A stretch of DNA of 64,000 bases, taken from IMG/VR virus record IMGVR_UViG_3300025126_000016, positions 1-64,000 of that record; one strand, written 5' to 3'. The stretch's first letter is position 1. Every line of letters starts with the position of its first letter. The position numbers and the translations under genes are program-made. The DNA comes from a virus. Lineage: Duplodnaviria > Caudoviricetes. Of this stretch, positions 30,058 through 37,767 are shown piece by piece. The notes under the pieces were generated by a model. The model saw nothing but the letters and a program-made list of their open reading frames with translations. It ran no database searches and was not told where the DNA came from.

Positions 30058-30496
30058 TATGGCTGATGTAAAATGGGATAACCGCATGATGGCGCTTGCG
30101 GAGCATGTGGCTGAATGGAGCAAGGACCCCTCGACGAAAGTCGGGGCGGTCATCATGAGGGGTGATAGGACTGTCGCCTCTATGGGCTACAATGGTTTTC
30201 CTCGTGGGGTCATGGATCAGATTGATCGCTATGCCAACCGTGAGGTCAAGTACACTATGGTAGTCCACGCAGAGGCCAATGCTATTGTTGCAGCTGCTGG
30301 CTCTGTCTCGGGTATGACGATCTACTGCACTCTGTTTCCCTGCTGTGAGTGTGCGAAGCTCATTATACAGTCAGGCTTGAGGGAGGTGGTGGTCAAGTCT
30401 CTGGAGAAGAACGAGAGATACTACGACAGCATGACCACTTCTCAGAAGATGTTCAGGGAAGCTGGAGTTATCCTTCGGGAAGTCGGAAAGCCTTAA
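30044..30496 (+). CDS. dCMP deaminase
   Basis: SKDPSTKVGAVI, GYNGFPRG, HAEANAI, PCCECAK. Confidence 0.95.
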   Translation: MEQIDMADVKWDNRMMALAEHVAEWSKDPSTKVGAVIMRGDRTVASMGYNGFPRGVMDQIDRYANREVKYTMVVHAEANAIVAAAGSVSGMTIYCTLFPCCECAKLIIQSGLREVVVKSLEKNERYYDSMTTSQKMFREAGVILREVGKP

Positions 30497-30686
30497 GTGC
30501 GGGATAAAACTTGAAGGACAACTGACGGGGGTCGGACTTAGGTTCGGCCCCCATTTCTATGTAGAGAACATCACCCTTTTCTACCTTGAAGCTGGCCAGA
30601 GCATCTATCTCTTGTCGAGCTTCAATCATTGCTTCGATGGTGGTAACTTTAGCGGTTCCCCCGAGAGGGTTAATCTCTATCTGCAT
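30468..30686 (-). CDS. hypothetical protein
   Basis: 72-aa ORF at the end of the leftward small-gene string. Confidence 0.55.
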   Translation of the reverse strand: MQIEINPLGGTAKVTTIEAMIEARQEIDALASFKVEKGDVLYIEMGAEPKSDPRQLSFKFYPALKAFRLPEG

Positions 30687-31203
30687 AAATCCTCTTGCTT
30701 AGTTGCTGGAAGAAGCTCCACGACTTCCTGTTCACCCAACGGGCGCAGTGAGCGAAGCAGCGGAACACGGTGAATGCGGGCCAGTAGAAAAACCAGCACA
30801 TGATACGAGTACGAAACTCATATGGATCAGGAGGAAGCGTCATCATGTCCTCGGCATTCATCGGTTTGAATGCTTGCTGAGCCATATGGCGTAGCTCATA
30901 CTCGGATTCCGTGTAAGGCCCGATGGTCTTGACAAAGAACCCGATACGGTAGACCAAGTTGATCCACTTGGCAGTTGTGAAGATCGCTGCAAAAAGGAAG
31001 TAGGCCACAATCGCCATGCCGAATGTGATTGGTTCGGGAGAGTAAGTGGTAAACCCGAACACATAGGTCCAGGTGGCGATAGCCCAAAGAGTGGGAGTGG
31101 TCAGTCCTTCACGGCGTTCGGCGTAAACACTAGTTACGATACAGAAAAACAAAAGGAGGAGCCAATAGATGGCTTCTCCATAAATGATTAGCGGAGTAAT
31201 CAC
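30670..31203 (-). CDS. hypothetical membrane protein
   Basis: Several hydrophobic segments. Confidence 0.65.
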   Translation of the reverse strand: MITPLIIYGEAIYWLLLLFFCIVTSVYAERREGLTTPTLWAIATWTYVFGFTTYSPEPITFGMAIVAYFLFAAIFTTAKWINLVYRIGFFVKTIGPYTESEYELRHMAQQAFKPMNAEDMMTLPPDPYEFRTRIMCWFFYWPAFTVFRCFAHCARWVNRKSWSFFQQLSKRIYADRD

Positions 31204-31310
31204 CGGTCCCTCTTGGGAGGGACTTCGTAGACATCAGGCTTACGCTTTAGTTCTCTACGAACAAAATAAAGTGCGGCACCGACAATCACGATCCCAATTA
31301 CTATCTCCAT
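31200..31310 (-). CDS. small single-pass membrane protein (36 aa, not in ORF track)
   Basis: MEIVIGIVIVGAALYFVRRELKRKPDVYEVPPKRDR*, RBS GGAG, stop overlaps the next start. Confidence 0.6.
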   Translation of the reverse strand: MEIVIGIVIVGAALYFVRRELKRKPDVYEVPPKRDR

Positions 31311-31312
31311 AC

Positions 31313-31597
31313 TTACTCCTCATAGAAGGTTGATTCATCCTTCGCTCGCTGTCGGTCGATAGACTCGATAGCAGCTACAGCGATACTGGCAACCTTCACC
31401 ATACACTTGCGAAACTCATCTGTCACGGTGGTTTCGAGTGGTAGGAACGTGCCCTTCATCCATCGGGTAGCGTACTGCCCGATGTAAGCGGCCCACATCC
31501 AAGGGGTGTTCTTGGTATCATCCGTCTCGGTGCCCCACTTTTCGTTCTGGTAGTCACGCTCGGCGTTGATTTCGTTGTAAATGTCCATTCGGTTCAT
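31313..31597 (-). CDS. MazG-like all-alpha hypothetical protein
   Basis: INAERDYQNEKWG...FRKCMVKVASIAVAAIESID pattern. Confidence 0.5.
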   Translation of the reverse strand: MNRMDIYNEINAERDYQNEKWGTETDDTKNTPWMWAAYIGQYATRWMKGTFLPLETTVTDEFRKCMVKVASIAVAAIESIDRQRAKDESTFYEE

Positions 31598-31598
31598 A

Positions 31599-31841
31599 TC
31601 AAAACTCCAATCCTGATTTGTCGAATGAAATAGCCAGCCAGCCTTTTGAGGGAATGTGGGCTACTCCTGCAGAATCGATCACTCGGTGTGAATCTGGGTC
31701 TGACTCTTTCACGTAGAGTGTCTCGGGGCCGTAGATAGTGTAGACCACACCGTCTGGATAATGGTACCTCCGATTTACTTCTTGATAGATGTTGTGCATC
31801 TTGAAGCCATCGAGGTTCTTATCGTCGCTAAACATCAGCAT
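31599..31841 (-). CDS. hypothetical protein
   Basis: 80-aa ORF coupled to neighbours. Confidence 0.6.
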   Translation of the reverse strand: MLMFSDDKNLDGFKMHNIYQEVNRRYHYPDGVVYTIYGPETLYVKESDPDSHRVIDSAGVAHIPSKGWLAISFDKSGLEF

Positions 31842-32374
31842 TTCTTCCCGTCAGCTTTGAGCCGGTTTTCGACTTTGTGATCGGCTCTCTTTGCGTTGTA
31901 ATCCTTCTTCGCATTGATAACTTCCATGAGGTCAAAGTCGTAGACCTCGGCAATGCGGAAAAGGGTGGCGTAGGCGTCCTGAACTGCCTCGTGGTATTTC
32001 TCGGTGTTGCTCTTGCGGTATCCCTCAAGGGCGTGACCGGAAATCAGGACTACGACCGTCATGAGGTCGTTCAGCGGATTGCCGACAACAGCCTGAGACT
32101 CGCCTACGTCTAGATCAATTTGGTCTGCGCCAGCCAAATCCAGAATTCGGATGGCTGCGTCAGCAATTTCGACATGGAATGCAGGGTAGTCAGGAAGATG
32201 GCCATCGGGGTCAAATCCGTCTGTGTATGCCTCGACTAGCTCGCTTGTAATCAGGCATAGCATTTCGGGGCGGTTACGGGTCTCAAGAATCGAAGTGTTG
32301 GTCTTGAGGTCTGTCCACCAGCCTGCCGTAACATTAGCTTGGTGGGTTTCGTCGCGTAGTAGATTATGGTTCAT
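31835..32374 (-). CDS. MazG-like NTP pyrophosphohydrolase (tandem domain)
   Basis: EMLCLITSELVEAY...EIADAAIRILDLAG, followed by a degenerate second copy ending INAKKDYNAKRADHK. Confidence 0.75.
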   Translation of the reverse strand: MNHNLLRDETHQANVTAGWWTDLKTNTSILETRNRPEMLCLITSELVEAYTDGFDPDGHLPDYPAFHVEIADAAIRILDLAGADQIDLDVGESQAVVGNPLNDLMTVVVLISGHALEGYRKSNTEKYHEAVQDAYATLFRIAEVYDFDLMEVINAKKDYNAKRADHKVENRLKADGKKC

Positions 32375-32423
32375 AGGGGTTCCTTTCCATCTATGGAGGA
32401 ACCCCCTATGTCAGATGATGGGG

Positions 32424-33248
32424 TCAGTTGTCAAGATACTGATTGGCTACAAAGCCCACTTTATTTTTGTACTTGACCTTGTCCCAGCCCGGATAGATGT
32501 TGTGATCCAGTACCTGCACGTTGTATCCGACGTAGAGGTGGGTCAGAATCTTCGAGGTGTAGCTGGCTCGCTCACGAAGTCGTAGTCCATTCGCGGTGAC
32601 TTTCGCTGTTCCTTCTGCGGGAGCCTTTTTGGTGGGCGTGGGAGTGGGGGACGAAACTGCGACTTCGTTGACATACTTCTCCTTCATCTTTGCCATGAAC
32701 TCGTCGAGGGCAGGGCCGGGGTCCTGCTTACGACCGGGTGCTACATCTTCGTGCCCGACGATATCCTTGATGTCGTACTCGGCGCAAATGGCTGCGATCA
32801 CTTCCTCGGTAGCCTCAAGCTGAGGGACCTTGTAGGTTTCCCAATGTGACAGACCATTGCGGTCGCCGTGGAAAATGTGCTCGGAAGGTACTGTAGTTCC
32901 AGCGTGGGTCTTGCCGTTTTTCAGCCAGCCCCAATTGTCGATTTCAATTCCGATGGAGAACGCGTTTACATTCTTGCGTCCATTGTAGTTCGAAGAACCT
33001 GCATGCCACGCCCGACGGTTGAAAGGCACGATCTGGTGGATCGATCCGTTACGTCCAGTCACGACATGAGCGGATGCTCGGCTTGAGGCACGGCTCAGGT
33101 AAGAGGCGTCTCCCTCTCCATCTTCCCCTCCTGAGGCGGTGTAGTGAAGCACGATAATCTCGGGCTTGATTGTTCCACTGCTCACGTTCGGAGACTGGAT
33201 GGAAGTGTCGACCTTTGGGTCGCTAAGCATGTGGTTCTGAATCTTCAT
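32424..33248 (-). CDS. endolysin: N-acetylmuramoyl-L-alanine amidase (Amidase_2) plus SH3b
   Basis: IVLHYTA, RRAWHAG, SIGIEI, GHEDVAPGRKQDPG; C-terminal GLRLRERAS..GWDKV; start taken at MKIQNH (33248). Confidence 0.9.
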   Translation of the reverse strand: MKIQNHMLSDPKVDTSIQSPNVSSGTIKPEIIVLHYTASGGEDGEGDASYLSRASSRASAHVVTGRNGSIHQIVPFNRRAWHAGSSNYNGRKNVNAFSIGIEIDNWGWLKNGKTHAGTTVPSEHIFHGDRNGLSHWETYKVPQLEATEEVIAAICAEYDIKDIVGHEDVAPGRKQDPGPALDEFMAKMKEKYVNEVAVSSPTPTPTKKAPAEGTAKVTANGLRLRERASYTSKILTHLYVGYNVQVLDHNIYPGWDKVKYKNKVGFVANQYLDN

Positions 33249-33261
33249 GGGGGCCGATATA

Positions 33262-33527
33262 CTACTCTTCTGACTTCGAGTCAATAATTCTAAGCAAACC
33301 GCCCATAGTTGCATCAAGCTTTTCATGTAATCGTTCCTCTCGGGGTTCTTCTGCTCTAAAAATTGCTTGTGCCAGTACCATTGCTCCACCAGCCAATACG
33401 GCATCGTACCAAGTCTTCGGATCGGTATAAATCCAATAAGCCGTGAGGCGATTGCTGCCCACATCGCAAAAGGTGACGCTAATGCGTGTACCACCTTTTC
33501 GGTTATCGGATGAAAGGCTCGACTCAT
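33262..33527 (-). pseudogene. holin-like two-TM membrane protein split by an apparent 1-nt frameshift
   Basis: Frame A MSRAFH...SPFAMWAAIA joins frame B LTAYWIY...AMVLAQAIFRAEEPREERLHEKLD if one C is added at ~33447. Confidence 0.5.
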
Positions 33528-33598
33528 CGCATTTCCCTTGGGTTAACGTACTTGGCTCTGTATCTGGCTCGATCCTTCAACAGTAACAGGAGTTAGGT

Positions 33599-33922
33599 TT
33601 GACTGACAGTGACGTAAAAGAATTAGCAAATGTAATATACCACGAGGCCCGAGGAGAGTCTAGGCAAGGCCAGATCGCTGTAGGGCAGGTTGTTATGAAC
33701 CGCGTGGCCGATCCCAGATACCCGAACACGATCCGAGGGGTGATCTGGCAACCGAAACAGTTTTCGAATATGCGTTATCACGGCAATTGGAGACGCTGTG
33801 AGGGGGTCGCTCGGGAGGTTTTGAGCGGCGAATGCGAAGCAGTGGTCGGAAATTCGTTGAGTTTTCGGTCATTTCGGCCCAAAAATTACCGATATCGGGT
33901 CGGAAATCACTATTTTTTCTGA
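33599..33922 (+). CDS. cell wall hydrolase (SleB / Hydrolase_2)
   Basis: LANVIYHEARGES..GQIAVGQVVMNRV..PNTIRGVIWQPKQFS..GNHYFF; TTG start with GGAG RBS. Confidence 0.9.
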   Translation: MTDSDVKELANVIYHEARGESRQGQIAVGQVVMNRVADPRYPNTIRGVIWQPKQFSNMRYHGNWRRCEGVAREVLSGECEAVVGNSLSFRSFRPKNYRYRVGNHYFF

Positions 33923-33935
33923 TTTTCAACAATTT

Positions 33936-33976
33936 AGGCCCTAATGACGCGTGTATTGGTCATTAGGGCCTTTTTT
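33936..33976. terminator. intrinsic terminator hairpin
   Basis: AGGCCCTAATGAC...GTCATTAGGGCCT followed by TTTTT. Confidence 0.75.
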
Positions 33977-34064
33977 GACTCATGCATGAGTCAATGTTCC
34001 CGTTCGGGGTAATTTTAGGGGTTTGGGCCTGAATCTGGCTCTTTTGTTCCCGTTCGGGAAAAAT

Positions 34065-34150
34065 TGGTGCGTCTGGGAGGACTCGAACCTCCAAAGGTAT
34101 CTGTGTTTGAAACAGTGCCGTATTCCAGTTCCGACTTAGCCCACAGACGC
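34065..34150 (-). tRNA. tRNA-Leu(CAA)
   Basis: Cloverleaf, loop TT-CAA-AC, TTCGAGT T-loop, encoded CCA. Confidence 0.85.
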
Positions 34151-34155
34151 GAAAA

Positions 34156-34241
34156 TGGTAGGAGCGGCGAGACTCGAACTCGCAAAGGTCACCGCTTCTA
34201 AGGCGGCGGGGTATTCCATTTTCCACTTAGCCCACGCTCCC
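34156..34241 (-). tRNA. tRNA-Leu(TAG)
   Basis: Loop CT-TAG-AA, TTCGAGT T-loop, CCA. Confidence 0.9.
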
Positions 34242-34255
34242 ACATGGTTTTGGAT

Positions 34256-34340
34256 TGGTCCGTGGGTGTGGACTCGAACCACTCCCGTTTCCGGTCACGT
34301 TTTACAGACGATCTGCTGGAACCCCCAGCTTTACCCACGG
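34256..34340 (-). tRNA. tRNA-Tyr(GTA) with C1:G72
   Basis: Loop CT-GTA-AA, long variable arm, acceptor CCGTGGG/CCCACGG-A-CCA. Confidence 0.8.
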
Positions 34341-34344
34341 ATTT

Positions 34345-34435
34345 TGGAGGAAGCAGCTGGTCCCTATCCAGATGCCATATCTCAGGCACGTACGGATTAG
34401 CAATCCGTCCCAGACAGGTGTCTGGTTCTGCTTCC
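34345..34435 (-). tRNA. non-canonical 8/4 tRNA-Ser(GCT)
   Basis: 8-bp acceptor GGAAGCAG/CTGCTTCC, 6-bp D-stem, loop TT-GCT-AA, long variable arm, 4-bp T-stem, CCA. Confidence 0.7.
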
Positions 34436-34445
34436 GTGTCAATGT

Positions 34446-34502
34446 TGGAGGAGGGTAGAGGAATCGAACCCCTAGGGATTTCAAGACCCGTTTGCACCCT
34501 CC
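34446..34502 (-). ncRNA. 57-nt tRNA-Ser(TGA)-like RNA lacking D and variable arms
   Basis: GGAGGGT-GCAAAC-GGGT-CTTGAAA-TCCC-T-AGGGG-TTCGATT-CCTCT-ACCCTCC-T-CCA. Confidence 0.65.
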
Positions 34503-34590
34503 TTCGAGGGCAGACACATGCCCTCGGTCAGTCTAGGAGACTGAGTCGATAGGACGATAAAGGTGACAGGTTGTTTCTCATGGGGGTCAA

Positions 34591-35112
34591 TTAGACGTTG
34601 ATGGTTTCGTTGTCAAGAGGGTACTTGACTGGTGTGCTTGGAATCCGCTTGATCCTCAAGGACAGGAGCTTGACTAGGCGACTGAGCCAGTATCTCGATT
34701 CCAGTTCTTCCACGGTTACTCGGCGACGGGCAGCTTCCATGATGGTGTACCGTCTGTCTCCTACCCAATAGCATTCTGCTGCGTGACCGAAGAGGTCGAA
34801 GTCATCAGAGTCCACCTTGCGAACGAAGACTGCACTCAGTCCCCAAGCAAGTAGCCCCAGTGCCGGATGCACGAACAGGGCAATGATCAATGCAGGGATA
34901 AAGCCGGGCACCCAAGTGATCCAGCTTTCGAAAATCTCATGGGCTGCGGTAGCCTGCCTGTCTTGGTTTCTTTCTCGGAACCAGTCCTCGTCTGCCAGCC
35001 AGAACCAGAATGGGTTGTTCGTACCCGAGGCTCCTTGGCGAAACTTGAATGGCCAGATGCCAAGCATTGGGCCGATGAGGAGGATGAAGGCAGTGAGGAA
35101 GAAATATGTCAT
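34591..35112 (-). CDS. hypothetical membrane protein
   Basis: Two hydrophobic segments; ATG 35112 preferred to the TTG at 35175. Confidence 0.65.
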   Translation of the reverse strand: MTYFFLTAFILLIGPMLGIWPFKFRQGASGTNNPFWFWLADEDWFRERNQDRQATAAHEIFESWITWVPGFIPALIIALFVHPALGLLAWGLSAVFVRKVDSDDFDLFGHAAECYWVGDRRYTIMEAARRRVTVEELESRYWLSRLVKLLSLRIKRIPSTPVKYPLDNETINV

Positions 35113-35166
35113 GAGCGCCTTATACCACTCAATATGCGATCTGCCAATAGGGGTGATTTTTGTATC

Positions 35167-35223
35167 AAGTTGCAAACTTATTATATTTTTTTACTTTTCC
35201 TAGAGACTCTAAAATATATAATA
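35167..35223. repeat. dispersed AT-rich palindromic element, copy 1 of 3
   Basis: AAGTTGCAAACTTATTATATTTT...AGAGACTCTAAAATATATAATA; also at 38463 and 58691. Confidence 0.85.
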
Positions 35224-35337
35224 GAACCTAAATGTCATTCATCCTGAGTCAAGGTAAAGATGCTAAGGACTGATTTCCCGAGGCGTTTCCTTTCCGCCTT
35301 GAAGACCCAGAGACAATTGCGTGTCCTCTTTGGGTGT

Positions 35338-35423
35338 GAGAGCCAGGTCCAGATGCCTAAGGTCTTTTCGTCTTCACCTTGAGGTTGACACTGACACTGA
35401 CACTGACACTGGACCTGGCTCTC
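35338..35423. repeat. 15-bp perfect inverted repeat enclosing a (TGACAC)x4 tandem repeat
   Basis: GAGAGCCAGGTCCAG 35338-35352 / CTGGACCTGGCTCTC 35409-35423; TGACAC x4 at 35386-35409. Confidence 0.85.
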
Positions 35424-35556
35424 CTCGATACGCAATCACATATATGCTGTGATGTATTTTCAGATTTTCCAAAAATTATAATAAATCGGGACCTACCCCA
35501 GTATTGCGGGCGCACGCCTACGCGCACGCGAAAGGGTCCTACCCTTTCCCTTTATT

Positions 35557-35904
35557 TTTCAACGACTTACGAGCAGAACCAGACCCACAGCCCGGCTAAG
35601 CCACTGAAAACAAAGGAGAAAACAAGACTTTACGGGGCAACCGCCGGTCAGCGCCACCAGAGGCAGAAAAGAAAAGCCTTATTTATCAATAGCTTACGCC
35701 TTTCGTTCATCTTGACCACGGCGAATTATGAACAGAAAAAAGCGTTTGTTTTCAGAGGCTTATCATCGTTCATAAAACTCTAGGTTTTCCTGAACAGAAT
35801 TAAAAGCGTTTGTTTTCAGAGGCTTAGAAGAGGGGCAATTACTGAACGGATTAAGGGAAAGCGTTCACTAACCCCAAAGAAAAATCAATGAAAACAAGCA
35901 CTTG
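35557..35904. promoter_or_regulatory. array of IHF-like boxes
   Basis: Exact WATCAANNNNTTR at 35684 plus six near matches (35557, 35597 reverse, 35620, 35750, 35814, 35892). Confidence 0.6.
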
Positions 35905-36070
35905 TCGATTTAGTTTGCAATTTGCTTCCGCTCTGCTAGTTTCCAAACTCCAATTGAGACAAGCCACAGCGGGACGCTCCGCAAGGGCCTTGCCTCTCCA
36001 TCGCCCGCAAGGGCAAACCAACTAGAAGCCTAGCTTCTGGAAGCGGGCAAGCTATGCCCAAAACGAAAAT

Positions 36071-36087
36071 ATCGCATATTATGCGAT
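36071..36087. promoter_or_regulatory. palindromic operator-like site, copy 1 (also 36866, 37135)
   Basis: ATCGCATAWTATGCGAT three times in the first early genes. Confidence 0.7.
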
Positions 36088-36107
36088 TTTGAATAGGGAA
36101 TGAAAAA

Positions 36108-36848
36108 ATGACTGACTTTAATACGACACTCGCAAGTCTCGCAACCGCTGCAAAGAAAGCGGGTGAGGCTGAAAACAAGGTTGCAGAGAAAGCAACCGCA
36201 CACGCACCGTTCGCTCTGGAAGCTATGCTCTCCGGCACAATGTCACTTGAGGGTTGGATCAATGCCGCTTGTGACGCGGCAGGAGTGAAAAGCACTAAGG
36301 GCAAGCGCAATGCCGCCGCCCTACGGGAGAAAGGTTTCGGTGGCCTTTACAATATGGCAACCGCCCTCAAGTGGGTTGATGATAACCGCCTTCGGGAAAC
36401 TGAAAATCAGACAACCGGCAACATTGCGGTTGACATTCTGGCCTATCAATTCTGCCGCATTGATTGGAACGGTGACGTTGCAAGGGATTACCTTGTCTCG
36501 AAAGGTGAATTGCCTGCCGTAGCTAAGGGCATGGATGCTGAAACCGCCATTGCAACCGCCGCCGAAACCGGTGAGGAAAGCGAACGGCTCCAGCATAGCG
36601 TCGACTATCACGTGGCGATTAAAGCCCCTAGCACGTTCGCCGCTTTCTTGAAAGCCGCGAAGGCCGCTTGCAAGGTGGAAAGCACCTTTGCTGACAGGCT
36701 CGAAAAAATGGCGACGAAAATTGCCGAATTGGAAGCGGGTGACATTGCTGCAAGCCAAGCGGCACTTGCCAAGCTATCCGATGCAATCGCAACCGCCGTT
36801 GCATCGCTGGCAACCGCCGAAACTGAAGCGGAAGTAGTCAACGGCTAA
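36108..36848 (+). CDS. Ala-rich hypothetical early protein
   Basis: 246-aa ORF with RBS, first gene after the strand switch. Confidence 0.8.
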   Translation: MTDFNTTLASLATAAKKAGEAENKVAEKATAHAPFALEAMLSGTMSLEGWINAACDAAGVKSTKGKRNAAALREKGFGGLYNMATALKWVDDNRLRETENQTTGNIAVDILAYQFCRIDWNGDVARDYLVSKGELPAVAKGMDAETAIATAAETGEESERLQHSVDYHVAIKAPSTFAAFLKAAKAACKVESTFADRLEKMATKIAELEAGDIAASQAALAKLSDAIATAVASLATAETEAEVVNG

Positions 36849-36970
36849 ACCTTGGACGGGGAAAAATCGCATATTATGCGATTTTTCCCCTTCCCTTTTC
36901 GGGATTTTTCTTTCGCGCTCGCGTGTGGCGAGGGCGGCAGCAAATTCCTGGAGCCTAACGGAGAATCCGC

Positions 36971-37477
36971 ATGAAAAACAATTTCCAGCAATTTGCCAAC
37001 TTTGGCAGTCCGTGGATCACGCCTGAGCAATACCGCGATGAAGAGCGGGATGCTGCCGATTTCATGTGTGCGCCCGGTCGCCGCCGATCGGCCCGTCAAT
37101 TCGTCGAGATACGGCAGCGGGACCAGATGCAAAAATCGCATAATATGCGATTTTCGGAAACCAAACCCCAAGTAGAAAAGAGCCAGAGCCAGTGCGCCCG
37201 AGTGCTATCAATCCGCAATCGCCTCGCCAGTCATGCGCCTGAACCGGCTGCACTGGCAGACTGGCAGCTTCAGAGCCGTGTGTTCGTCTCCACTAAGCGG
37301 GATGAGGCCGATGTGGCAACTGCGAAAAAACCCAAAGTGTTTCATGCGTATGATCGCAAGTTTCTTGCGCCGTTCAGGCGAGTGCTGAACCAGAGCCTGA
37401 AAGCACATATTATGTTTACGTATTATACGGACATTGTGCGTGAATTTGGCTCTGTCTCTGAATTTTCTCAAGGTTGA
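36971..37477 (+). CDS. hypothetical protein
   Basis: 168-aa ORF with RBS GGAGA; contains operator copy 3. Confidence 0.5.
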   Translation: MKNNFQQFANFGSPWITPEQYRDEERDAADFMCAPGRRRSARQFVEIRQRDQMQKSHNMRFSETKPQVEKSQSQCARVLSIRNRLASHAPEPAALADWQLQSRVFVSTKRDEADVATAKKPKVFHAYDRKFLAPFRRVLNQSLKAHIMFTYYTDIVREFGSVSEFSQG

Positions 37478-37490
37478 AAGGTAAGTTGTG

Positions 37491-37640
37491 ATGTGGAAAG
37501 TGTTTCTGCCTCTGTGTGTGGTTGCCGGTCTGTATCAGACTGACGGTCAATGGGATATTTTTGACATAGCGTTCATTGGATTCGCTCTGTTTTCGGCTCT
37601 GGCTTGGGCTATGGATAGCGAGCGGCATCTGCCGCACTAG
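37491..37640 (+). CDS. small membrane protein (49 aa, not in ORF track)
   Basis: MWKVFLPLCVVAGLY...IAFIGFALFSALAWAMDSERHLPH*. Confidence 0.5.
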   Translation: MWKVFLPLCVVAGLYQTDGQWDIFDIAFIGFALFSALAWAMDSERHLPH

Positions 37641-37767
37641 GGCATAAATGCCAAATGTTGGGACAATTCACCGCATTGTGGTGGAAATTCCCAACTATTG
37701 GTAAAACCTGGATTTTTCACCTAGGGCCATAGGTCCGAAGCTTCAATAACTTTCTGGAGTAACTATT

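Noticed and set aside
32424-33527. 367-aa endolysin as given in the ORF track
   Set aside because: The N-terminal 93 codons are better explained as a frameshifted holin-like gene; the amidase likely starts at 33248. The fusion is kept only as a hypothesis
34503-34570. Possible hammerhead ribozyme upstream of the mini-tRNA (CTGA...stem...GAA patterns on both strands)
   Set aside because: The core lacks the required CUGANGA and GAAA; only two simple hairpins are supported
35386-35826. CRISPR-like array suggested by short repeats
   Set aside because: Repeats are 6-bp tandem units or 13-25-bp IHF-like boxes without uniform repeat-spacer structure; no cas genes
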